The notes beneath the pieces are model-generated. The model worked only from the letters and a program-made list of their open reading frames with translations, was not told where the DNA came from and ran no database searches. Below, piece after piece: positions 27,036 through 37,447 of a stretch of 38,572 bases of DNA. Origin of the DNA: Thermotogota bacterium (GTDB lineage: Bacteria; Thermotogota; Thermotogae; Petrotogales; Kosmotogaceae); assembly GCA_034660555.1 (NCBI GenBank), contig JAYEJL010000147.1, positions 1 through 38,572 of the forward strand, given 5' to 3'. Each line of letters starts with the position of its first letter. Within the stretch, counting starts at the first letter, position 1. The position numbers were made by a program, and so were the translations under genes.

Positions 27036-28706
27036 ATGAAAAGGCTCAACGGTAAGTTTTTTATATTGGCTTTTCGAAAAGCCGCTGAGCGTTTACTTGC
27101 CAATAAAGATGAAATAAATGCTCTTAATGTATTTCCAGTACCGGACGGTGACACAGGATCAAATATGTCAGCTGCCATACTAGAGGCTGTTGAATACCTT
27201 GATAAGGCAAACAGTGATGATCTCCCAGAGGTCGTTAACGCTGTAAAAATGGGTATGTTAATGGGTGCCAGAGGAAATTCTGGAGTAATACTCTCTCAAA
27301 TATTCAGAGGATTTTCAGAAGGTGTAAATGGCAGAAAGATGCTTTCAACTAAAGCATTTACAGAATGTCTCGAAGAATCGCGAAAAGTAGCTTATAAGTC
27401 AGTTATGAAACCAGTAGAGGGAACCATGCTTACAGTAATCAAAGAACTGGCAATACAGGCATCCGAAGAGCTTGAAGGGATAGATGAATTTACAGAGTAT
27501 TTCAAAGGCCTTTCAAGAATCGCGAGAAATACTGTTGAAAGAACCCCACAGTTGCTTGCAAAGCTACGAGAAGCAGGAGTAGTGGACGCAGGCGCCAAAG
27601 GATTGGCATACATAATTGAGGGTTTTGAACTGGCAGCAAAAGGTGAAACCGATGTTGAATTGCTGGAATTATCAACGGAAACAGGTACAACTTCGGCTGA
27701 AAAACTTGTCGATATTGTAAAAGAAGAACTCAAATATGATTATTGCACTGAACTGATAATTGGATTTGGGAATAATGAAAAGAGCAAAGAAGAGATTACA
27801 AAAGAATTGAAGGAATACTTTAATGATATTGGTGACTCAATAGTGATGGTTAATCAGGATAGTATTTTAAAGATACACATTCACACAAATCATCCCGGTG
27901 ATGTAATTGAAAAATTACTTAATTATGGGTCACTGCAAAAGGTAAAAATCGACAATATGAAGGTTCAACATGAGCATGTTGTAGACCTGGTTGAATCTCC
28001 AAAGAAAGAAGTACCAAATACAGCAAAAGGAAAGAATCATGGTTTAATATCTGTTTCACCAGGAGAAGGATTAAGTGAAATAATGATCAGCCTGGGTACG
28101 GATTCGATAATTAAGGGCGGACAAACCATGAATCCCAGCATGAAAAATCTTCTGAGTGCTATGGAAAGAATACAGAGTTCATCTGTAATAATATTGCCAA
28201 ACAATCCGAATATTATTCTCACCGCCAGGGAAGCTGCGCGAAACGTCATGGAGAAGAATCCCTCAAAAGATATTACCGTTATTCCAACAGAAACGGTTCA
28301 GGAAGGAATTGCTGCGCTTACTGTTTACTATGATGAGCTTGGATTGGATGAACTGGTTGAGGAAATGAAAGAGGTAATTGAAACAGTTTATCCGATTTCT
28401 ATAACTCATTCAATTCGTGATTCAAGTATTAAAGGTAGAAAAGTAAAAAAAGGTGAATACATTGCCATGGGCAGAAACGAGTTAATTGCCAGTGGTAGAC
28501 GATTGGAAAAAGTAATAATTGAATCATTGAAAACAGCTGTAGAAGATGATGATAAAGAAATTGTAACTGTTTTTTATGGTTCAGACATAAAAAAAGAACA
28601 AGCAGAGAAGTTAATTGATTCATTATCTGATAAATTTGAGGATCTTGAGTTTGAACTTCATAAGGGTAATCAACCCTACTATTATTATCTCATTTCTGTA
28701 GAATGA
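27036..28706 (+). CDS. fakA: DAK2-domain protein, fatty acid kinase catalytic subunit (FakA/YloV family)
   Basis: INALNVFPVPDGDTGSNM, GARGNSG, KPVEGTMLTV, VVDAG, YCTE, HIHT..PG, GGQTMNPS, LPNN.NI; ATG 27036 after AGGAGG. Confidence 0.9.
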   Translation: MKRLNGKFFILAFRKAAERLLANKDEINALNVFPVPDGDTGSNMSAAILEAVEYLDKANSDDLPEVVNAVKMGMLMGARGNSGVILSQIFRGFSEGVNGRKMLSTKAFTECLEESRKVAYKSVMKPVEGTMLTVIKELAIQASEELEGIDEFTEYFKGLSRIARNTVERTPQLLAKLREAGVVDAGAKGLAYIIEGFELAAKGETDVELLELSTETGTTSAEKLVDIVKEELKYDYCTELIIGFGNNEKSKEEITKELKEYFNDIGDSIVMVNQDSILKIHIHTNHPGDVIEKLLNYGSLQKVKIDNMKVQHEHVVDLVESPKKEVPNTAKGKNHGLISVSPGEGLSEIMISLGTDSIIKGGQTMNPSMKNLLSAMERIQSSSVIILPNNPNIILTAREAARNVMEKNPSKDITVIPTETVQEGIAALTVYYDELGLDELVEEMKEVIETVYPISITHSIRDSSIKGRKVKKGEYIAMGRNELIASGRRLEKVIIESLKTAVEDDDKEIVTVFYGSDIKKEQAEKLIDSLSDKFEDLEFELHKGNQPYYYYLISVE

Positions 28707-28718
28707 ACGGAGGAAAAA

Positions 28719-29576
28719 ATGTTTTTACAGGATGTAATAGCTAATCTCAATGCTTATTGGGCCAGTAAAGGATGCATTATTGATCAACCATACGACATGG
28801 AAATAGGAGCAGGCACCTTTCATCCTTCCACTTTCCTGAGATCACTTGGAAAAGAACCTTGGAGAGTCGCATTTGTTCAGCCATGTAGAAGACCCACAGA
28901 TGGCAGATATGCGGAAAATCCAATGAGAACCCAACGCTATTTCCAGTATCAGGTATTGATTAAACCTTCACCTGAAAACTCTCAGGAGATTTATCTTGAT
29001 TCATTGAAGGCTCTCGGTATTAATCCGAAGAAGCATGATATTCGTTTTGTTGAGGATAACTGGGAGTCCCCAACACTTGGAGCCTGGGGAGTTGGCTGGG
29101 AAGTCTGGCTTGATGGAATGGAGATTACTCAATACACGTATTTCCAGCAGGTAGGAGGTATACCAGTTGATAAAGTATCCCTTGAAATCACATATGGTCT
29201 TGAACGAATAGCAATGTATCTTCAGAAAACAGACAATTTTTTTGATGTTGACTGGAATGAACATATCAAATACGGTGATGTTTTCATTGAAAATGAAAGG
29301 CAATTTTCATCATATAATTTTGAATTTGCCGATACAAAAAAACTCTTTAAGCTTTATGAAATGTTCAAAGATGAATTTAATATATGCTTGAATAAAAAGC
29401 TCATATTACCAGCATATGATTATCTTATGAAATGTTCACACGCGTTCAATTTGCTTGATGCGAGAAATGCGATAAGTGTAATGCAAAGACAAACATATAT
29501 CAAATCTATAAGAGATATGGCCAAAAGTGTGGCATCTGAATACCAAAAAATGAAAGAGGATGAATATGAAAAGTAA
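28719..29576 (+). CDS. glyQ: Glycine--tRNA ligase alpha subunit
   Basis: [51 protein letters not shown]. Confidence 0.98.
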   Translation: MFLQDVIANLNAYWASKGCIIDQPYDMEIGAGTFHPSTFLRSLGKEPWRVAFVQPCRRPTDGRYAENPMRTQRYFQYQVLIKPSPENSQEIYLDSLKALGINPKKHDIRFVEDNWESPTLGAWGVGWEVWLDGMEITQYTYFQQVGGIPVDKVSLEITYGLERIAMYLQKTDNFFDVDWNEHIKYGDVFIENERQFSSYNFEFADTKKLFKLYEMFKDEFNICLNKKLILPAYDYLMKCSHAFNLLDARNAISVMQRQTYIKSIRDMAKSVASEYQKMKEDEYEK

Positions 29577-31623
29577 CGCTATATTAGAGATCGGTGTAGA
29601 GGAACTACCAGCAAGTGAAATCCAATCGATAGTAAAACAGATAAATGATAGACTGCCAGAATTGCTTAAAATAGAAAGACTTGTTTATTCTGAATTTGAA
29701 GTGTTTTATGCCAGTCGAAGGATGGGAGTGATGATCTATGATTTGTCCAGCAAACAAAAAGACACGATAGAGGAAAAAAAGGGCCCAGCAGAAAAAATTG
29801 CGTACAAAGATGGTGAACCAACAAAAGCATTGAAAGGATTTATGAAAGGTAATAATGCCAAACTTGACGATATTGTAGTTAAAGAAGAAAATGGTGGACG
29901 ATATGTTTTTTTAAGACGAAATATTGAAGGTAAAACTTCTGAAAATATTCTTCCCGAAATATTCAAAGAGGTCATTACCAACCTTGAATTCAAAAGACCA
30001 ATGCGATGGGGAAATGGAAATTACAAATTTGTAAGACCGGTGCGATGGGTAGTAGCGATGTACGGGGATAAAGTTCTTGATCTTACTCTTTTTGGTAAGA
30101 AAGCTGGTTCTACTTCTCGTGGTCACAGATTTTTCTATGATGAAATTGAAGTAAATCCAGACAATTATTTTGAAAAACTGAAGGAAGCACTTGTTATTGC
30201 AAAACCATTGGAACGTAAAGAAAGGGTTATAAATGAACTGAATAGAATAGAAAAAGAAAACCAGTTGAGCATTCCACGTGACTCCCATCTTATTGCTGAA
30301 ACAATTGCGATAACAGAGTATCCACAAGCAGTGATGGGAAAATTTTTGTCAAAGTTTCTTGAACTGCCAAAGGAGATAATAATTGTAACAATAAAGCATC
30401 ATTTAAGAACATTTCCCGCTTACAGTAAAAACAAAATAGACAAAACGTTTGTTGCCTTTCAGGATGGACCTGAAGATCCAGAAGGTAATGTAAGATCAGG
30501 TTATGAAAAGGTTATCAACGCGAGACTTGAGGATGCTCATTTTTACTTTGAAAAAGATCTTTCCAATTCCCTTGAAGATTATGTTGATTCTTTGAAAGAA
30601 ATGGTTTTTCAAGCTGGTCTTGGTACATATTACGAAAAAATGCAACGCACAAAAAAGCTATCTTATTTGATTTATAAGGAGTTGCAAAACAATTCAATTG
30701 ATGAGGATTTAAGAAAAAATATTGAAAGAACAGCCTTGCTTTCAAGGGCTGATCTAGGAACCATGGTAGTTTATGAGTTTCCCGAACTTCAGGGCATTAT
30801 AGGAAGAATATATGCGAAGGTATCGGGAGAAAATTATGTAGTATCAATGGGTATCCAGGAATTTTACAAACCATTAAAAGAACATTTTGAAACTGTTACT
30901 GGTGCAGTAACAGGTGTTGCAGACAGAATCGATACACTTGTTGGTAATTTTGCACTTGGTAATATACCCACAGGTTCAAAGGATCCTTATGCATTGCGCA
31001 GAAAGACTAATCATATATTCAAAACCGTAACGAATATGGGTTGGGATATTGATCTAAAGATGCTTTTCAAGAAAGCTTCTAACTTACTTGAACGTCCTTA
31101 TGATGATTTTTCGGAACAACTGGAGAATTTTGAAGAGTCACGTTACGAAGCGTTTTTAATGGAGAATGATTTTTCGCTTGAAGTTGCCAGGGCGACAAAG
31201 CAATGGTGGTATAAACCTTATCCTGGCGATTTGATGGCACGTTCATTGACTTCAATATTTAAGAGTGAAGACTTCGAGAAATTACTCATTGCGTATCAAC
31301 GCGTTCATAATATAAGCAGAAAACACGATTCAACAAAATACGATGGAAAGTTATTTGTAGAAAAAGAGGAAAAAGACTTATTTAATGCTTATATTAATGC
31401 CAAAAACAAAATTCATAGAGCACTTGAAGAGAGAAAGTTTGATTTGATTCTTAATGAGCTCATCAATTTGAAGGAACCCATTGATAATTATTTCGATAAT
31501 GTTTTTGTAATGGATAAGCACACCGATATAAGAATGAATCGTTTATGTTTTTTAAAGGCACTGGATCAGTTGTTTTTGAGCATTGCAGATCTTTCTCAAT
31601 TGCTTTCAGGCACTGAAAAATGA
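29566..31623 (+). CDS. glyS: Glycine--tRNA ligase beta subunit
   Basis: LEIG.EELP, MRWG...[30 protein letters not shown]; overlaps glyQ. Confidence 0.96.
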   Translation: MKSNAILEIGVEELPASEIQSIVKQINDRLPELLKIERLVYSEFEVFYASRRMGVMIYDLSSKQKDTIEEKKGPAEKIAYKDGEPTKALKGFMKGNNAKLDDIVVKEENGGRYVFLRRNIEGKTSENILPEIFKEVITNLEFKRPMRWGNGNYKFVRPVRWVVAMYGDKVLDLTLFGKKAGSTSRGHRFFYDEIEVNPDNYFEKLKEALVIAKPLERKERVINELNRIEKENQLSIPRDSHLIAETIAITEYPQAVMGKFLSKFLELPKEIIIVTIKHHLRTFPAYSKNKIDKTFVAFQDGPEDPEGNVRSGYEKVINARLEDAHFYFEKDLSNSLEDYVDSLKEMVFQAGLGTYYEKMQRTKKLSYLIYKELQNNSIDEDLRKNIERTALLSRADLGTMVVYEFPELQGIIGRIYAKVSGENYVVSMGIQEFYKPLKEHFETVTGAVTGVADRIDTLVGNFALGNIPTGSKDPYALRRKTNHIFKTVTNMGWDIDLKMLFKKASNLLERPYDDFSEQLENFEESRYEAFLMENDFSLEVARATKQWWYKPYPGDLMARSLTSIFKSEDFEKLLIAYQRVHNISRKHDSTKYDGKLFVEKEEKDLFNAYINAKNKIHRALEERKFDLILNELINLKEPIDNYFDNVFVMDKHTDIRMNRLCFLKALDQLFLSIADLSQLLSGTEK

Positions 31624-32546
31624 ATGATATAAAAAATGATATAAAACAAACATCAGGAACAGTTACAGTAGTGGGAAAACCCAATGTGGGCAAATCAACA
31701 TTAGTCAACTTTTTAGTTGGTGAAAAGGTAGTAATAGTTTCTGATAAAATCCAGACAACCAGAAATAGGATTGCCGGTATTCTGACAGATGAAAAAGGTC
31801 AGATAATTTTTTATGACACCCCGGGAATACATAAACCACTCCATAAACTGGGCAACTATTTGGTGAAAATCGCGGTAGGTGCCCTTCAAGGATCTGATTT
31901 GATTGCTGTTATGCTGGATATTGTTGATGGTATAAGAAAAACCGATAATTTGGTTTCAAAATATGTTAATTCATCTAAAATACCGATAATACTTCTAATA
32001 AATAAAGTAGATTGTATTGAAGACAAGGACAAAATCAGAGAATTTAGAGTTAAAGCAGAAGAAATGTTTGATAATATTATTGATACTGTAGAGATGTCTG
32101 CAAAAAATGGAACGGGAACAGATAAATTTTTAGACATTTTATACGATAAACTTCCAGAGGGAAAACCGCTATATCCTGAAGACATTATTACTGATAGATC
32201 GTACCGATTCATGGCTTCTGAAATCATCAGAGAAAAGATACTTTATTTAACGGAAAAAGAAGTTCCCCATTGTATCGGAGTAGAAATAAAGGATTTCATC
32301 GAAAAAGAAAATGGTATTACCTTAATCAGGGCTGATATTGTCGTTGAAAGAGATTCTCAAAAACCTATTATTATCGGCAAACATGGCAGAATGATAAAGA
32401 AGATTGGGACGCTTGCAAGAAAAGATATAGAATACCTTTTTGATCAAAAGGTCTATCTTGAATTATTTGTAAAAGTAAGAAAGAAATGGCGAGAAAAAGA
32501 CAATTTCATTATGAACTTCACTAACTTAAAAGAAGATTTTCAATAG
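31620..32546 (+). CDS. era: GTPase Era
   Basis: GKPNVGKST, QTTR, DTPG, NKVD, EIIREK, VERDSQK.IIIGK.G KH domain. Confidence 0.98.
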   Translation: MNDIKNDIKQTSGTVTVVGKPNVGKSTLVNFLVGEKVVIVSDKIQTTRNRIAGILTDEKGQIIFYDTPGIHKPLHKLGNYLVKIAVGALQGSDLIAVMLDIVDGIRKTDNLVSKYVNSSKIPIILLINKVDCIEDKDKIREFRVKAEEMFDNIIDTVEMSAKNGTGTDKFLDILYDKLPEGKPLYPEDIITDRSYRFMASEIIREKILYLTEKEVPHCIGVEIKDFIEKENGITLIRADIVVERDSQKPIIIGKHGRMIKKIGTLARKDIEYLFDQKVYLELFVKVRKKWREKDNFIMNFTNLKEDFQ

Positions 32547-32579
32547 ATTTTTTGATATTTATAGAGGGGAAGGTAGAAT

Positions 32580-33881
32580 ATGGGTGTAAAATTAACAAGG
32601 ATTTTACTATTCCTGATGCTATTGATGATGGTTTTATTGAATGCCGATCAAATGGTTATGTCTCCAAATATTGGTATGATCGAAGAAGAATTTGGGATTA
32701 CTGATAGACAAATTGGCTATATAGCAGGTTCTTTTACAATCATTGGGGCAATAATAAGTCTGGTGTGGGGCTATCTCAGTGACCGATTCAGTAGAAAGAA
32801 CCTGCTTTTGTTCGCAGTACTTGTTGGTGAAATTCCATGTTTTTTGACTGCCTTTGCTGCTAGCTATACCCAGCTTTTTATTCTAAGAGCTTTAAGCGGT
32901 ATAGGAATAGGTGCCCTTTTTCCCGTCATATTCTCATTTACTGGCGACACCTTCGGTGAAGAAGAAAGACCTAAAGTTAACGCTATGCTTTCTACTGCGA
33001 TTTCTCTTGGTGCAATTGTTGGTATGGTAATAGCAGGCTTTCTGGGAGGAACTTACGGATGGCGTTTACCCTTTATTTTGGTTTCTGTACCAAATGTGTT
33101 TTTGGCAATAATATTCTTTTTGATAGTAAAAGAGCCCGAAAGAGGCGCTTCAGAGATCGCTGTAGGCGAATTAGTTGAAAAGGGATACAAATACACTGCG
33201 AAAGTTCGTTTTTCAGACTACATGGTTTTATTCAAAAATAAAACAAATCTGATTCTTTTCATACAGGGTTTTCTGGGAACAATACCATGGGGAGCAATAC
33301 CTTACTTCCTTGTTGAATTCCTGAAAAGAAATAGAGGATTTACTGCCAGCGAAGCTACAATGATTTTTATCTTTTTTGGGATAGGCAATGTGCTTGGAAT
33401 TTACTTCGGTGGAATTATTGGTGGCAAACTGTACAAAAAGAATCCAAGATACATGCCACTTTTTAGTGGTATTAGCACTGCTGTTGGAGCGGGATTTGCA
33501 TTACTCGTTTTAAATATAGAAGTACAGCCTGATATATCGGGTTTCATAATACTATCATTACTGGGTCTTGTAGCTGCAGCTTTAGCCTCAATTACTGGAC
33601 CAAATATGAAAACGATGCTGATGAATGTCAATGTACCTGAAAACAGGGGAAGGATATTTTCAATATTTAATTTGACAGATTCGCTTGGTACTGGAGCTGG
33701 AAAATTCGTGGCAGGTAGTATTTCAACAGTTCTCGGTTCACTTGGAGCCGCAATGAATGTTTCAGCTATGTTCTGGTTACCATGTGCAGGTGTGCTGCTA
33801 ATCTCAGTATTTACGTTACCCGGTGATATAAAGAAATTACATGTTAAAATGAAAGAAGTAGCAGATACCATGATAAAATAA
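32580..33881 (+). CDS. MFS transporter
   Basis: About 12 hydrophobic segments, motif A GYLSDRFSRK, RALSGIG, GWR.PF. Confidence 0.92.
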   Translation: MGVKLTRILLFLMLLMMVLLNADQMVMSPNIGMIEEEFGITDRQIGYIAGSFTIIGAIISLVWGYLSDRFSRKNLLLFAVLVGEIPCFLTAFAASYTQLFILRALSGIGIGALFPVIFSFTGDTFGEEERPKVNAMLSTAISLGAIVGMVIAGFLGGTYGWRLPFILVSVPNVFLAIIFFLIVKEPERGASEIAVGELVEKGYKYTAKVRFSDYMVLFKNKTNLILFIQGFLGTIPWGAIPYFLVEFLKRNRGFTASEATMIFIFFGIGNVLGIYFGGIIGGKLYKKNPRYMPLFSGISTAVGAGFALLVLNIEVQPDISGFIILSLLGLVAAALASITGPNMKTMLMNVNVPENRGRIFSIFNLTDSLGTGAGKFVAGSISTVLGSLGAAMNVSAMFWLPCAGVLLISVFTLPGDIKKLHVKMKEVADTMIK

Positions 33882-33986
33882 AAAGCGTGTCAAGCCAGTT
33901 AAATTGAGTCTATGTGCCTTGTATAAGTAACAGGTGTCCAAGTTATTAGTATAATTAGAATGCTGAAGTAACCCTCAGACCGCTTC

Positions 33987-34017
33987 GCTGCCCTCGAAAA
34001 GGGCAGCAATTTTTTTT
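33987..34017 (+). terminator. Rho-independent terminator between the two MFS genes
   Basis: GCTGCCCT-CGAAA-AGGGCAGC, then AA and T8. Confidence 0.75.
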
Positions 34018-34099
34018 ACAAAATCACCATCAAATGCAAACAAAAAAGTTAGGAAAAATCCTTATCATGAGAAGTTGTAAGTCTATAGGGGGATTGGAT

Positions 34100-35479
34100 T
34101 TGGAAGAGCAATATTCTAAAACAAAAAGATTATCCCTGATTGAGAGTGTTTTTTATAACAATTCTTTTATACTCACTCAGGGTTTTCTTTTAACGGGCCT
34201 TGCATTACAATTTGGTGTTACGGAAAGTATTCTGGCAGTTTTGGGAATGCTTCCAGTCATGGCTCAGGTCTTTCAACTGGGTGTTCCTCTGCTTTTAAGA
34301 AAAATTGGAAGCAGAAAATCTGCGATGATTTTTTCAGCTTCCATATCACGTCCAGTCCTGTTGCTTCTACCAATATTAATTCTTCTTGGATGGAAAAATC
34401 AATATATACTTGTTGGTATTCTAGCAGTATTTGCAATTTTTAATGGATTTACAGGTAATTTCTGGATTTCGTTGATGAGGGATATAATACCAAATGAAAA
34501 ATCAGGAAGATACCATGGTCTGAGAAACCTTCTGATTTCAATATCCTCTATGGCTATGCTTTTTCTTTATTCTTTAACGCTTGATACATTTAACGAATCA
34601 TTGGGCTTTCTTATTGTGTTTATAATTGGAGCCTCCTTTTCCTTAATAACCTATTTTATTCTAAGAAGATTTGAAGACCCTCCGCGGAAGCAATATCAGA
34701 GCAAAAAACTTTTTAGTGTTGTACTTAATGATTGGAATTTTAAGAGATTTCTTGTATTTTCTTTTTTCTGGAATTTTGCAATTGCAATTGCAAACCCATT
34801 TTTTCCTTATTTCCAGCTGGTTAATCTTAAGTTATCTTACTCTTATCTGAGTATTATGAGTATTATTGCTGGTGGTGTTTCTATAATTTTTTATTTTATA
34901 TGGGGAAGGTTATCAGATAAAATTGGTCATCAGAGTGTTGCAGAATTTGGAATATTTTCTGCAGCTTTCACTGCTATTATGTGGTTATTTGTTAATCAAG
35001 CCACTGTGCAAACGTTATTACCCGTTGATGCGATTCTTACAGGGGTTAACTGGAGTGCAATCAATCTAGCGTTATTTACGATAATGCTTAATATAGTTGA
35101 TCCAGCACTTACTGAAACGTACTTTGCAGTTCTTGCCTTCGTTAATGGAATGGGCGCACTTGCAGGAGCTCTGGCAGGCGGCTTTGCAGCAACTTACTTG
35201 AAAGAAATAAACTTTGAGTTATTTGGTATACCTTTTTTTGGAATACAGATTCTCTTTATAACTACTGGAATCTTAAGAATGTTTTCCTGGCTTTTGTTGA
35301 AAAGAGTAAAAACAAAGAAGGTTATATCCGTATCTCGTTTTGCATTTAACGCTATATCGGTACTCGGACGTCGAGGCCCTGTAAGACCATATGAGAATTC
35401 ATTGATCATATCTAAATTAAAGAGCCTGCTCGTTAAAAGATCCAGGGGGAAAAAAGGAGAAAGAAAAAGAGATCGGTGA
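34100..35479 (+). CDS. MFS transporter
   Basis: About 12 TM segments, WGRLSDKIG motif in the second half. Start reassigned to TTG 34100 after a GGGGG SD. Confidence 0.88.
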   Translation: MEEQYSKTKRLSLIESVFYNNSFILTQGFLLTGLALQFGVTESILAVLGMLPVMAQVFQLGVPLLLRKIGSRKSAMIFSASISRPVLLLLPILILLGWKNQYILVGILAVFAIFNGFTGNFWISLMRDIIPNEKSGRYHGLRNLLISISSMAMLFLYSLTLDTFNESLGFLIVFIIGASFSLITYFILRRFEDPPRKQYQSKKLFSVVLNDWNFKRFLVFSFFWNFAIAIANPFFPYFQLVNLKLSYSYLSIMSIIAGGVSIIFYFIWGRLSDKIGHQSVAEFGIFSAAFTAIMWLFVNQATVQTLLPVDAILTGVNWSAINLALFTIMLNIVDPALTETYFAVLAFVNGMGALAGALAGGFAATYLKEINFELFGIPFFGIQILFITTGILRMFSWLLLKRVKTKKVISVSRFAFNAISVLGRRGPVRPYENSLIISKLKSLLVKRSRGKKGERKRDR

Positions 35480-35498
35480 CAACAATAATATTTAATTA

Positions 35499-37445
35499 TT
35501 ATGCAATATCACCAAGTTCATACTGCAATTTATAAAGGTCAGCATAAATTCCACCTTCTTTTATAAGCTCCTCGTGATTTCCTTCTTCCACCAGTTTACC
35601 TTTATGTATTACTAGTATCCGATTTGCCCCACTAATTGTTGATATTCTGTGTGCTATTGTAAGCACTATTTTCTGCTTGGAAACTCTTTCCATGGCTTTT
35701 TGTATAAGAGTTTCCGTTTCAGTGTCTATGTTGGCTGTGGCTTCATCAAGAATTAATATGTCAGCATCATAAAGAACTGCTCGTGCCAAAGCTATAAGCT
35801 GCCTTTCACCTGCAGAAATAGTGACTCCGCGTTCGAGTATTTCTGTATCATAACTGTTTGGAAAGCGCTTTATGAATTTATCAGCATAGACATAATTGGC
35901 TGCTTTAATAACATCTTCACGGGGGATTTCTTTATTAAATAATCTGATGTTGTCAAGAATTGTGCCCGAAAATAGAAAAACATCCTGTAGGACTATACCT
36001 ATTCTTTTTCTCAAAGCCTTTAAATTATATTCATAAATAGATTTATTATCTATTTTTATATCTCCCTTCTGTATACGATAAAGGGCATTGAGTAAGCTAA
36101 CAACAGTAGTTTTTCCCGCGCCTGTCTCACCAACGAATGCAATTTTTTCTTTTGGGGATACTTTGAAATTGATATCTTTTAGTACAGGGTTTTCTTTTTC
36201 ATAGGCAAAGAAAACATTTTCGAAATAAACATTACCTTTAACCCTACTGATTTCTGGAAGCTTTTCATTATATTTTTCTTCCTTTTCATCCATTAATTTG
36301 AATATCTTTTCAGCGGATGCAAGAGCATTTTGAACGATATCATACTTTTCTGCTATATCCCTTAATGGCCTAAAGAACATTTCAATGTAACTCACAAAAG
36401 CATAAAGGACACCAAACTGTAGAGTTTCATTGAAGATTCCTTTAGCTCCATACCATAGAAGAACAGATATTGCAAAATAGTACAGAAAATCCATCAAAGG
36501 TCTAAATATCGCAAAAACAATCAGCTGTTCCTTTAAACTTTTTAAGTGATAATCATTTACTTCGTCAAATTCATTTGCTTTATTTTTCTCCTGATTGAAC
36601 AACTGAATTACGGACATACCTGAAATATGTTCTGCTAAATAAGCATTAATTACAGCGAGTCGAGTACGCACTTTACGGTAAGCAATTCTGTCAAAGTATC
36701 TAAAAATCAAGGTGCTTGCCACAATCAAGGGAAAAATCAAAAGAGCGATTGTCCCGAGATATCTTGAGAGACTCAGCATTACTATTATTATTCCAACAAG
36801 CAATACAACGTCTTTTACAATTGATGCGATAACACTACTAAAGAACTCTGAAAGATTTCTTGTATCGTTAGCAACTCTGGTTGCCAGTCTACCGCTGGGA
36901 TTTGTGTCAAAAAATTTCATTGGTAATTTGATTATGTGCTTAAATAAAGCGTTACGGATCCTGTGAGTAACTTTTTGCGCAAGATAACTCATTGAATAAA
37001 CCTGCATATACATTACAAAAAACATGGAGACAAGAAGCGATAGCAAAAACAATGACATACGGGTAACACCTGCAAGATCCCCCTGACGGAGGTTCTGAAG
37101 CTGTTCATCTGTTACATCGTATTTTGTTTCTCCGTTGCTTATAACATATGACCCATCTTCCTGTTGTTGTAGAGTAAATTTACCTTCTTCATTTTTAGTG
37201 AAAACAGGATTTCCATTTTTCATCTCAACTGTATAATGATGTTCGGCGTTAATATAACTATCAATTGTTATTTTTTGAATATAAGGTATAGCAAGGTCTA
37301 TACCTGCTGTTATCATTATAAGAAAGATACCCAATATGAGAAGAGGCCAGTAAGGTTTGGCATATTTCCAAAGTCTGAAGATGACTTTCCAGTCTTCGAC
37401 TTTTACCTTTTCTTCTTCTTCAGAATAAGTTTCATACGCAGCCAT
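35499..37445 (-). CDS. ABC exporter, fused permease/ATP-binding subunit (heterodimer subunit with consensus Walker B)
   Basis: TMD plus GETGAGKT, ISAGERQ, ILILDEAT, IAHR. Confidence 0.95.
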   Translation of the reverse strand: MAAYETYSEEEEKVKVEDWKVIFRLWKYAKPYWPLLILGIFLIMITAGIDLAIPYIQKITIDSYINAEHHYTVEMKNGNPVFTKNEEGKFTLQQQEDGSYVISNGETKYDVTDEQLQNLRQGDLAGVTRMSLFLLSLLVSMFFVMYMQVYSMSYLAQKVTHRIRNALFKHIIKLPMKFFDTNPSGRLATRVANDTRNLSEFFSSVIASIVKDVVLLVGIIIVMLSLSRYLGTIALLIFPLIVASTLIFRYFDRIAYRKVRTRLAVINAYLAEHISGMSVIQLFNQEKNKANEFDEVNDYHLKSLKEQLIVFAIFRPLMDFLYYFAISVLLWYGAKGIFNETLQFGVLYAFVSYIEMFFRPLRDIAEKYDIVQNALASAEKIFKLMDEKEEKYNEKLPEISRVKGNVYFENVFFAYEKENPVLKDINFKVSPKEKIAFVGETGAGKTTVVSLLNALYRIQKGDIKIDNKSIYEYNLKALRKRIGIVLQDVFLFSGTILDNIRLFNKEIPREDVIKAANYVYADKFIKRFPNSYDTEILERGVTISAGERQLIALARAVLYDADILILDEATANIDTETETLIQKAMERVSKQKIVLTIAHRISTISGANRILVIHKGKLVEEGNHEELIKEGGIYADLYKLQYELGDIA

Positions 37446-37447
37446 CC

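Noticed and set aside
33960..33971. Mini-ORF ATG CTG AAG TAA as a leader peptide
   Set aside because: It is three codons long, has no SD, and lies too close to the -10 to be supported.
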